Positions 44,884 through 54,528 of a stretch of DNA of 54,528 nucleotides are shown here, piece after piece. The first letter of the stretch is position 1. Each line of letters begins with the position of its first letter. The notes under the pieces were generated by a model. That model saw nothing but the letters and a program-made list of their open reading frames with translations, had not been told where the DNA came from and ran no database searches. Source of the stretch: a virus (Duplodnaviria; Caudoviricetes); the IMG/VR virus record IMGVR_UViG_3300044699_000129, positions 1 to 54,528 of that record. One strand, 5' to 3'. The translations under genes and the position numbers were made by a program.

Positions 44884-45456
44884 ATGCACGGCAACAAGCA
44901 CCGCGATCAGGCCAATCCATTCCGTGTCTACGGCACCAACGGCAAGGTTCTCGGCTGGCGCTGGCGCAACGAGCATGGCTGCGTGAGCCGCATGACGTAT
45001 CACAGCGAGCAGGAGGCCCTGCACGGGCTGCTGCGCTACATGAACGGCCTGCCGCTTGCGCCGGCGCATCTGGCTCTGGCTGAAAGGCAAGTTCAAGTGA
45101 GCACCCCCGAGACCCTGCTGAAGAAGAAGGTCAAGGCGATGCTCGACGTGCTGCCGTACTGCTACCGCTTCATGCCGGTGCAGCGTGGCTTCGGCCCGGC
45201 CGGGCTGGATTTCTTCTGCTGCATCAACGGCGCGTTCGTTGCCATCGAGACCAAGGTGCCGGGGGCCAAGCTCAACCCGCGCCAGATTGTTACCGCCACG
45301 GCAATCGCGAAATCCGGCGGGCTCGTGCTGGTGATCCGCGACGAGTACGACATCGAGGTAAACACCAAGCTGCTGACCGCCAACAATATCGGCCACTCGC
45401 TGATCTACGACCGGCTTGGGACCAAGGAAATGTACGGGAGATACCTATGCCAGTGA
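44884..45456 (+). CDS. VRR-NUC family nuclease (nuclease domain from ~45098; may be two genes)
   Basis: TPE..LKKKVK...MPVQRGFG.AGLDFFCCINGAFVAIETK...LNPRQ. Confidence 0.8.
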   Translation: MHGNKHRDQANPFRVYGTNGKVLGWRWRNEHGCVSRMTYHSEQEALHGLLRYMNGLPLAPAHLALAERQVQVSTPETLLKKKVKAMLDVLPYCYRFMPVQRGFGPAGLDFFCCINGAFVAIETKVPGAKLNPRQIVTATAIAKSGGLVLVIRDEYDIEVNTKLLTANNIGHSLIYDRLGTKEMYGRYLCQ

Positions 45457-46999
45457 GCTATTCGCGGCGGCACGAGTACGCCGTCATCCCGCCGCACCCG
45501 GCGCTGGAGTCGATGTTCTCCGACGCGCCGGTACTCCCCACCGGGCACCGGCTCATCCGGCACGGCATCCGCGAGACCATCATGCTGCGGCACATCGGTA
45601 TCGAGTTGAAGAACCCGATGGAGCTTTACTATGACTGGTGCGGGGGCACTCCCTACCATGTGCAGGTCGCCACCTGCCGCATGATGGTGGAGAACCGCAG
45701 GTTTTTCAATCTGAACCACATGGGCACCGGCAAGACCAAGACGGCGCTCTGGTCGTGGGACTGGCTCAACAAGAAGGGCATGGTCAACAAGCTGCTGGTG
45801 GTCGCCCCACTGTCCACGCTCACCACGGTGTGGGCCGGCGAGGTGTTCGCCACGCTGCAGGGCCGCAAGGTCGTGGTGCTGCACGGCTCGCGCCAGAAGC
45901 GGCTGGACCGGCTGAAGCAGGATGCCGACATCTACGTGATCAATCACGACGGGCTGAAGGTCATCCAGAACGAGCTGCACGAGCGCGCCGACATCGATTG
46001 CCTGTGTCTGGACGAGCTTGCGGTGTACCGCAACAACTCCGACCGCTCCAAGCGCATGCGCAAGTTTCGCGCAGCGGTTCACCTATGTGTGGGGCATGAC
46101 CGGCGCGCCGATGCCGACCGAACCCACCGATGTGTGGGGGCAGTGCATGATCATCGCGCCGAACCGGGTGCCGAAGTTCTTCTCACATGCCCGCGACATG
46201 TTGATGATCAACGTCGCGCCGTACACATGGCTGCCGAAGAGCAACGCCGTGGAGACTGCCTTCTCGTGGATGCAGCCGGCCTGCCGGTACTCGCTGGACG
46301 AGGTGGTGGAACTGCCACCTGTGGTCTATCGTACCGCCGAAGTTGAACTGAGCGGCGAGCAGCAGGAAACCTACAAGAAGGTCGCCACGGCGATGGCCAC
46401 CATGGTGAAGGAGAAGCAGATCACGGCAGTGAACGCGGGCGTCGCGATGAACAAGCTGCTGCAGATCGCCGGGGGCTGGGTCTACACGACACGGCCCGAG
46501 TTCGTGCGGCTCGACCCGACCCCGCGCGTGGTGGCGATGGCCGATCTGATCCGGTCCTGCACCGAGAAAGTGCTGGTGTCGATCCCCTACCGCCACATGA
46601 TCGAGGGGATCAGCAAAGATCCTGTCGATGAAAGGTGTGGATATCGAGCACACCTGGCGTGCACGGGGATACCCCCCGCCGCGAGGAAATCTTCAATGCG
46701 TTCCAGAACACCGACAAGTACAAGGTGCTCTTGGTGCAATCCGCAGTGCATCGCGCACGGGCTGACCCTGACTGCGGCCAGCATGATCGTGTGGTATCTT
46801 CCGACGACATCATTGGAAAATCTAACGACCAGTTTCAACGCGCGCATCACCCCGCATTGGGCAGAAGCACAAGCAGCAGGTGCTGCACCTGCAGGGTTCC
46901 CCGGTGGAACGGCGCGTCTACAAGCTGCTGCGCGACCATCAGACGATCCAGAACCAGTTTCTCAGTCTCGTGGAAGGGGCGACCGATGGCGTCGAATGA
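45447..46999 (+). CDS. SNF2-family helicase (frameshifted)
   Basis: MGTGKT, LVVAPLS, INHDG, LDE, MTGAP, KLLQIAGG, HGLTLTAA. Confidence 0.85.
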
Positions 47000-47446
47000 C
47001 AATAAGGACGACCAGAACAGCGAGGAGGTGCGCCAATCTCAAGACCTCGCTCGGCTACGACCCGGACGATCCTACCATCACGGTGGAGTTCGTTTAACCG
47101 TGACGACCCTGCCGTCGTGGCGTTTCGCCGGCCGGTTACCGCCCACGGCAACGCCGGCAAACGAGAACGACCAGCGACAGCGACGCCGCCGAGGACCGTG
47201 CGCTGGATGAACTGCTCGTGGAGATTACTGGGTGTGGCAACGGCACGCGACCCATTCAATACCTGCGTGGATGGGGCTGCCCACATTCACATGCGATCCC
47301 ACAAGTTGTGGGCTCAGGTAGTCAACGATACCGGATCTAGTGCAGAGGCCACGCAAAATCTGCAATCGAGATCGCGGCGGATGCCCTGCTCTACGTGGTG
47401 GGGCTGATTGAGGACGACGAACAATAAACGAAAACGGGCACTGCGA

Positions 47447-47856
47447 ATGGCTGAGGGACATGGAAAAGCGCGTCGGGCAGTACGTCGCCCTGCGCGGACG
47501 AGATCGAGCGAATAGAGAAGCAAACACGAGGAGGAACTGAAACGGCCCAAAAGAACTGCTGCCACCAGCTGGGCGGCGTCATCCAGAAGTTCATGGACGA
47601 CAACGGCCTGAAGAACATGCGAAACCGATGCCGGCACCGCCGTCATCACTACGCGGCTGGAGTGCGCCACTCAGCGATCCTGACGCATTCATGCGGTTCG
47701 TCATAGAGAACGAGCCAGTTCGACTTGCTGGAGCGTCGCGCCAGCCAGACTGCTGTGCGGGCCTATGTCGATGAGCACAAGGCGCTGCCTGCCGGGGTCA
47801 ATCTGCACGCGCTGGAAACAGTCGGCGTGCGGCGGCCCCCCGAACCACCCAAATAA
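47447..47856 (+). CDS. Phage replication-module protein (frameshifted)
   Basis: Reconstructed KRVGQYVALRDEI...FDLLERRASQTAVRAYVDEHKALPAGVN. Confidence 0.5.
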
Positions 47857-47910
47857 TCTTAAACCATCTTTCGGCACAAACTGTAACGCTTCAAAAGAAG
47901 GAATGGATCA

Positions 47911-49162
47911 ATGGCTAACGAGCTTTCAAATCCCGCAAAGCTTCGAACAGCGTGGGAATGGCAAAGGCATTCGAGGGAAAAGTCCCAGTCCTCGATGATA
48001 ATCTCGCAGACGGCATCGCACAGGGTTTTCCCGATTGGTCGCCTACCGGGGAAAAATCATGGGCGCTGGCGCTATCGCGGCGACCGCAAGATCGTCACGC
48101 GCAAGGACGACGGCTCGCCGAGCGGTCACCTCGCGTGGTGATCCTGCAGCAAGCAAAAAACAAATCGCGCTCCTATTACAAGGCATGGGACCCGGCCACC
48201 TCGGAGGGCGAGCGGCCCATCTGCGCATCGCTCGACGGCATCGTGCCGGACGCCCGACGTGCAGGAGAAAACAATCCGATCTCTGCGCGGTGTTGCCCCG
48301 CGCAGCGGTCTGGAAAGAACGACCCGCAGACTGGCCGGCGCGGGCGCGAGTGCACCGAGTACAAAGCGGGCTCGCTGTTCTTGTCATGCCGAACCAGACC
48401 GAAACCGTTGTTCGGCAAGCCGATCCTCGACCCCGATGTTCCTGCGGGTGCCGCCGGACAGCCTGCAGTCGCTCGCCGTCATGGGCGGACACCATGCGGC
48501 ACAAGGGGTTTCATTATTCGACCTACCTGACGCGGATCTCCTTCGACCCATTGAAGGCACATCCCGAGCATGGTTTTCCGCCCGGTACGCCCGCTCGACG
48601 AGAAACGAGGGCAAGGCTGTGGTCCGAAACTGATAGAAAGACCCCTCGATTGGGCCGCATCATCGGCCACCGAGGCAAACCGGCACCGGCGTCGGGGAAT
48701 TGAAGACGGTTACCGCTACGGTTAAACCACGCCGCTTGCCGGAGCACCGCGCAAGGGCGGCCGCCCGACCCAGTCGTCCTTGCCATGGAAACGATGGACG
48801 ACGAGGAGGAAGACGACGGCGGAAGGGCAAGAGACCGGCCTGCTGACGGCGGCCAGCCACCATCAAGGCGGGCGCAGATCCCCCGGTGGCAGGAGGCCAG
48901 CCGGTGCGCCGGCTCCATTCTGCCTCCGAAAAAAGCGTGGGCGCCCAGTGGGGATCGACAACCAAGGCCAGCCCCGGTGGGGCCGAAGTGGGTTTGCAGG
49001 CCGCGCATGCCTGCTCCCCGCGGACCCAAACGGAAACACGGTGGCATTCCGATGCCGGGGGAGGTGCACCCCGACCGATGGACCGAGCTGGATTGCCGAG
49101 ATTCGCCAAGCTGAATCAGGAAAGTAAACCGGCAGGGCGAGTCGACGATGCTGGCCGATTGA
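47911..49162 (+). CDS. Putative ssDNA-binding/annealing protein (heavily frameshifted)
   Basis: Fragments VVILQQAKNKSRSYY..WDP...PICASLDGIVPD, C..CP, MFLRVPPDSL, acidic tail; lies between helicase and primase. Confidence 0.45.
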
Positions 49163-49169
49163 TTTCATC

Positions 49170-52140
49170 ATGCCGGGTGGTGGCGTGGCCCGGGGGCCGG
49201 ACGAGGCCCCCGGCTGGGTCAATCTGCACTGGAAACCGAGGGACGGCCCACGGCATGCCGGGGCCGTCCCTTCAAGCACGTCCACGATTTTCATGAGCTT
49301 CGCCGAATGGGCGGCGCGCCAAGCCCAAGATTTTCAAGGATATCATCTATTTCCTGCCTCTCGACCCAGAAGAAACACCGGCAAGGCCCAACAATAACGG
49401 GCGCTACAATGGCGCCACCGCCATTCATCCATGGCGCCTGTGGTAACAAGTCGGATCTGGATGGATCCCGCGGACTTACGGCCCCGGCAAGGGCTACGCC
49501 ACCCCTGGAAGGAGGCCGCTCCGCTTGCCCGTCCACCACGCCTTCCGGCTCGCGGTAGGGGGCTACCCCCGCTTCCGCCATTGTTGGCTGACCGGGGGGG
49601 GCGGCTGCACGTCTCTACTGGATCCAGCGTCCGGCCGCTGACCCCGGGCGGAATGGGCGTCCGGTTGCCGAGGGGCTCAAGGGCCGAGGCCATCCGGTTT
49701 CGGCCTGAAAGATTCGACCACCGGGGTCATCGCCGACGGGGCGCGCATCCTGCGGGTGCCGGGGACTTTCAACAACTAAAGACCCGAAACTTCCCCGCGC
49801 CCGGTGAAGCTGGTCCACCTTGGGCGACGCGACTTCGACTTCAGCGATGTGGGACATTTGTCAGGGCTGTCCCAAGTGTGCTCCGTCTGCAACGGTTTCA
49901 GAAAAAGTTTCCGTTGCCGCCCACGGTAATCGACGCCCTTCCCCGAATCCCGTCGGGTATTCGACCAAGGGTACCGGCCGAAGGTTTTTCGGGCGGCCCT
50001 CAAACCCGGAATGAAGATGTTTCTATGCGGAAGATTGTTTACGTGAGGATCTGCCGCTCGACCCGGTGCCCGAGGTTGTTCAAGGGCTGCCCCGGCCATT
50101 TTCCCGCGAGATCCCTAGCGCACTCCACATGGAAAAATCCCCAGAGCCAAGGGACTCATGGATGCTCACCGGGACTTGCCCTTGCACGTGGCTGGGAAAA
50201 CGGGCGCGAGATATTCCATGCACTTGTCAAACGCCCTATCCGACCTATTCGGTCGGACGAGAAACCGAACGCGATGTACGAACCGCAAGGTGCGGGATCG
50301 GGCAGAAAAAAATCTGGGGTGGCCGTCCTGCAGTGCCATGGAAGGCGAAGGGGCCGAGTGCGTAAAAATGTCCTTGGCACAATAAATTAAAATCGCCCCT
50401 GCACCTCGCCGACCGGGTGGCCCCGCCGCCTCCTTTCCCAGTCCCAGATGCCGGACGGCACGAGCCTGCCGGACGGGTACGTGCTCAACGAGCAGGGGAT
50501 CATCTGCGAGATCGTGGGAAAAGGAGAGCAGGAGCGGCGACCACCGACACTTATTACGAGCCGCTGTTCATGTGCCGTCTGCGGGATTTCCGCGGCGCAG
50601 GCCGGCAACCCGCATGATGCTGTTCGACACTTCGCTCGACGGCACCCGCTGGGGCCGGGGTGGAGATCCCACGAGGCCACCGACCTGCTCAACGAAACTG
50701 AGCATCAACAAGGCGCTGCGCCACTACGGCGTGGAAGCCGAACACCAAGGCGACCTCGGTCCGCCAGACGGATCATACACTTCCATGACCTCATTCATGG
50801 CCCAGCTGGACGCGCTCAAGGAACGCCAGATCGCCACCGCCCTATGGCTGGCTGCGCAAAGGAGGGCGAGAAGCTGCCAATCGGCTTTCGCCTATGGCGG
50901 ACGCATCCACACCAGCAACGGCGGACGAGTACCCGGCGGGGCTACTCCGACCGGCACATGGAGGAGTTTCTACAAGCCGAAGGGCGACGAACAAGGCGTG
51001 GTGGGAGCTGCCTGCACACATCGTCACCGCACAGAACCACCCCGGCGCTGGAGGTGATCACCGTGGTGGCATTCGCCGCCCCGCTGGCGTTTGCAACCGG
51101 GCAATACAACGGCTGTGGTCAACGCATGGTCGCCGGGCTCCGGTGCACACAAGAGCACGTCCATCGCCATCGGCGCCGCGGTGTACGGCAATCCCAAGCT
51201 GACCAAGGAGCGGCCGAAGAGTTCGCAGAAGGGAATTCTGCGCAAGCTCGGCCTGATCAAGAACCTGCCGGTGTACATGGGACGAGATCAACAGCGCCGT
51301 GGAAGATGGCGGAGGCAGAGGAAAATTCTCAGCGACGCCACCGAAGGCTCGGGCGGCACCAAGTTGCGCAGCGACCCGCACCATCCACGAGTACGGACGA
51401 GTGGCAGACCATGATGCTGATGGGGCGCCAACAAGTCGCTGGTCGAGACCCATCGTGAACGGGAATTCCGGCACGGACGCCAAAGCTGCAGCGGGTGTTC
51501 GAGTTCGAGGTCGAGAAGCGCGGCGACACCATGCCGTACTTCATGGTCGAACCGGCTGACCAACCAGCTCGACTACAACTACGGCCAGATGGGCATGCCC
51601 GCTACGCCAAGCTGCTCGGTGGCAAACGTGGGCGCGCATCTACCAGCAGGTGGAAGACGCATTGAAGCGTTTCGCCGCAGAAGAACCAGCATGAATTCCG
51701 AGGGAGCGGTTCCGCGCCTCGATGGCGGCGAGCATCTATGTCGGCAGCCAGCTGGCCCAACGAGCTTTGGCTGCGATTTCCACTGCGAGGAGATCTGGCA
51801 GTTTCTCAAAACCGAGTTCCTGCGCCAGCGCAAGCGCATCATCACGTCCGAGATCATCGCCGGCACCGGGTCGAACTCGATGAACTGGCTGAGCCAGTTC
51901 ATCAAGTCGTTCAACGGACAATGCCGTGTGGATCCACCGACATCACCGCCGGTCGCCCGATCCCCGGGGTGTTTTCATTTGCCGGCGTGACGTCACAGCG
52001 TGCACGGCCCGTGGCCATATCCGCTACACGGTGTCCCGAAGGACAGTAAGAAATCTCGCGTGCGAAGCTGGCTGACTGGCCTGAAGTTCAAGGAAGCCGA
52101 TCCGGGGAGTGTGATAGAAGGGCTCTTCCGGCATCCATAA
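49170..52140 (+). CDS. Primase/helicase-like replication protein with DUF927-like domain (heavily frameshifted; ends approximate)
   Basis: Fragments GGRLHV, RILRVPG, LPDGY, FAAPL, SPGSGAHKST...AVYGNP, KNLPVY, NYG. Confidence 0.55.
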
Positions 52141-52724
52141 CGCCAAGATCTAGCCGCGCGACGCTGGCGGGCCGGGACCGGAGTGGCCAGGTGGTGCACG
52201 GGAGCACACCATTTCCATTCCGGTCTCTCCCGGACATCCACTGGAAAGAAGACCTGTTTACCCACAACCCCCCAAGACCAGCGGCCGGTTACCGGGACGG
52301 TAATTCCATTCAAAGCCGTGAAAAAGAAAAGCCCACATGACTTTGGGTCAGTGGCTAACAAGTTCAGAGGTAGTCCTAGAGTGCTGTAATTTCACTGTGC
52401 TTTGCAATAGCAACTCCGATCTTCAACTGCATCCCGGATCACCTTGTCATCCTCTAAGAGACCTGCCGAGAAACGGGACAGGATTGACCGAGATCAACCA
52501 CAACAATTCTCCGTAACCGTAGTCCGGGTTTTTCCGGAACCTTGGACACTTTTCTTAATTCCTTTTTGGTGCAAAAGATCCCCCAGCCGGGGGGGATTCT
52601 GGTTAGTAGCACCTCACGTTGTAAAAAAAATCCAGATGTAAAATTGCTTACATAACAACAAGCATATATACCAAAGATACATCCACGTGCCTTTGAACGT
52701 ATTTAACCCTTGAGGAGAGTGTAT

Positions 52725-52989
52725 ATGGTCCGCGAACACCATGCTGCAGTTTCTTCGACTACGCTCATCTGAAGCCGGAACTGCAGGGGCACAGCAAGCC
52801 GTTCTGGGTTCTGGCCCAGCTTCTCTTGCAACACGCTGCCACAGAACCCCGGAGCGCACCGTAGCGCTGCGCAAGCTGCTCGAAGCCAAGGACTGCCGCG
52901 GTCCGCCGCCAAGCTGTACGACCAGCATGCCGGCGAGGTTGGTCACGTCCGGTCAGGCTCAAGCCTTGGACGAGTCCCTCTTGAAGTAG
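52725..52989 (+). CDS. Small helical-hairpin protein, possible Acb2/Tad1-like fold (frameshifted)
   Basis: Reconstructed MLQFFDYAHLKPELQGHSKPF...LPQNPERTVALRKLLEAKDCAVR; GAGGAG RBS. Confidence 0.5.
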
Positions 52990-52992
52990 TGC

Positions 52993-53190
52993 TCACGTGA
53001 CCGGCCCCGTCTCCTTTGCCGGCAGGAGGGTAGACTCAAGCAGTTCGGGATCGGGCACGCCGCCAGCGGGCGAGGCCACGCCTGATTAGGCCTGCCAATC
53101 TACATTGTTGGCATCGTTCGGGATCGCGGCCCCGTCAGCCGCGCGCAGCACGCCGTCGAATGGCGGGACGACCAGTGCATACTCAGCCAT
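52993..53190 (-). CDS. Tail fibre assembly/chaperone-like small protein (frameshifted; 3' end approximate)
   Basis: MAEYALV...VLRAADGAAIPNDANNVDWQA. Confidence 0.5.
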
Positions 53191-54528
53191 CACAGCAACC
53201 TCGCGTTTGCCGCCATCTGAACCGTGAACGCATGACCCGCGGTTGGCGTCCCGTTCGGGCGTGACGGTGAAGTTCGTTTCATCTGTCGCAAACACCGTGT
53301 AGGCAACGTCGGCATTGGTGTTGAGATTGCGTACGTTGAGAACCGTGCCCGTGGCGGGGGACCAGCCGAATGCCGTTGGCGCTGCACGCATCGCCACCGG
53401 GAAGCACCATTGCAGGAATGGCCGCGATGCCGTTGCCGACCCTGCGGCAGCGATGATCCCGGAGTTTCGCCGCTGCCGCACCCGGTATGACCGCATACGG
53501 ATAGGTCTTCTGCCACACGCGCTTCACCGCAAGCAACTCCGTCTCGAAATTGCGCGAGATGTAGAGTTGCCGGTCGGATGGTGGAGCCTGCGAGCCGGGC
53601 AAACACCATGACGTTGGCAAGCAGCACGCCCGCGCTGGTGGTCAGCAGATTGCTCATCGTGTTCGGTGCGCGGAAGTCCCCCGCCTGCCACGTTCCCAGT
53701 GTCGCCGTGCGGTAAGTCGTACCGCAGGCAAGTGCGATGGCGAGCAGCAGGCCGGTGGTGTTGTCCCCTTGTCCACGTCCCGGTGGTGTCGCCGGGAAAC
53801 GTGACAGTCTTGTACTGCCATGAACCGGCAGTGACGGTGACCGCCTGCACGCATGAGCGGTTGGTCGCTCCGTTGCGCAGCGACCAACACCGATATCGCC
53901 GGCCCACGGTCGAGTAAATCCAGAAGCACACGGTGACCGGCCGCGCCTGCGTGCTGCCGAACATCAGCGATGCAACCCGGTTGCCCTCAAACGGATGGCT
54001 CACTCCCCCAAAATCGCCTGCCGCAACTGTTGCTCCCGTAGTGGACCGACCATGACAGGCTGTTCTTGAAATTGTAGCCGCCGAAATGCCCCGGCGAACT
54101 GCTGCACGTTGATCGCCCACGATTGCCGACGCGGGGAGATAGCAGTGCCAGACATCGCACAGCGCGATGCCTCCCGACGTGATTGCCTTGAGGGCACCAC
54201 CAAACTCCTGCGCCACTTCGAAGCTGCCGTTGATCTGCATGCCGCTGTAGGCGAGCACACCAAGCGGTGCGGCAAAGATGTTGCCGCGCGCCTGATCCTC
54301 CTGCGCGACGGTGAGTGACTGTGTGGTGTCGTAGCGCACTGCTGTTGCCAGCACCGGCCCGGTGGGTCCGGTCGCACCAACAGTGCCAGCTGTGCCCTGT
54401 GGCCCGGTGGGTCCGGTTACCGTGGAGGCCACACCCTGCGTGCCCTGCGATCCGGTGGGTCCGGTCGCCCCAGCTGTACCAGCGGTACCCTGCGTGCCCT
54501 GCGACCCGGTGGGTCCAGTCGCGCCAAC
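53190..54528 (-). CDS. Collagen-containing tail fibre protein (5'-truncated by the window, frameshifted)
   Basis: GPT/GAT repeats, AVRYDTTQSLT, INGSFEVAQE, WQYKTVTFPGDT. Confidence 0.7.

Noticed and set aside
47298-47312. CCCACAA-G-TTGTGGG palindrome as another operator
   Set aside because: Half-sites are in the opposite arrangement to 33444/44717 and lie in an error-rich stretch.
12498-52707. Extra CtrA-like sites at 12498, 27562 and 52703
   Set aside because: Only TTAAC half-sites or wrong spacing; not counted as boxes.

Overview
The window is most of the genome of a GC-rich tailed dsDNA phage with short-tail (podovirus-like) gene content. The host is probably alphaproteobacterial (inferred from CtrA-type boxes). 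The left ~30 kb, mostly on the minus strand, is the late arm: internal virion protein, tail/nozzle and adaptor proteins, major capsid, scaffold, portal, an inverted terminase pair, at least five collagen-like (Gly-X-Thr) fibre genes (a sixth lies at the right edge), a GT2-TPR-propeller glycosyltransferase with a SAM methyltransferase, and two free-standing homing-type endonucleases. An AT-rich divergence region (~30.0-31.4 kb) is followed by the plus-strand early and replication arm: many small ORFs, MoxR-like AAA ATPase and vWA metallopeptidase, family A DNA polymerase, PD-(D/E)XK nuclease, VRR-NUC, SNF2 helicase, SSB-like protein and primase/helicase. Many genes are broken by 1-nt indels that become dense after ~46 kb. 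These look like long-read errors, so several coordinates are reconstructed. Strongest unexplained signals: (1) a 17-bp palindrome, GTTRCCG-N3-CGGYAAC, at about 24 sites spread evenly over the whole genome, including inside genes; (2) CtrA-like boxes at late promoters together with a phage-encoded receiver-less CtrA-like DNA-binding protein; (3) a collagen-fibre glycosylation-like locus; (4) repeated structured leaders in the early arm. All family assignments come from motif recognition by eye; no searches were run.
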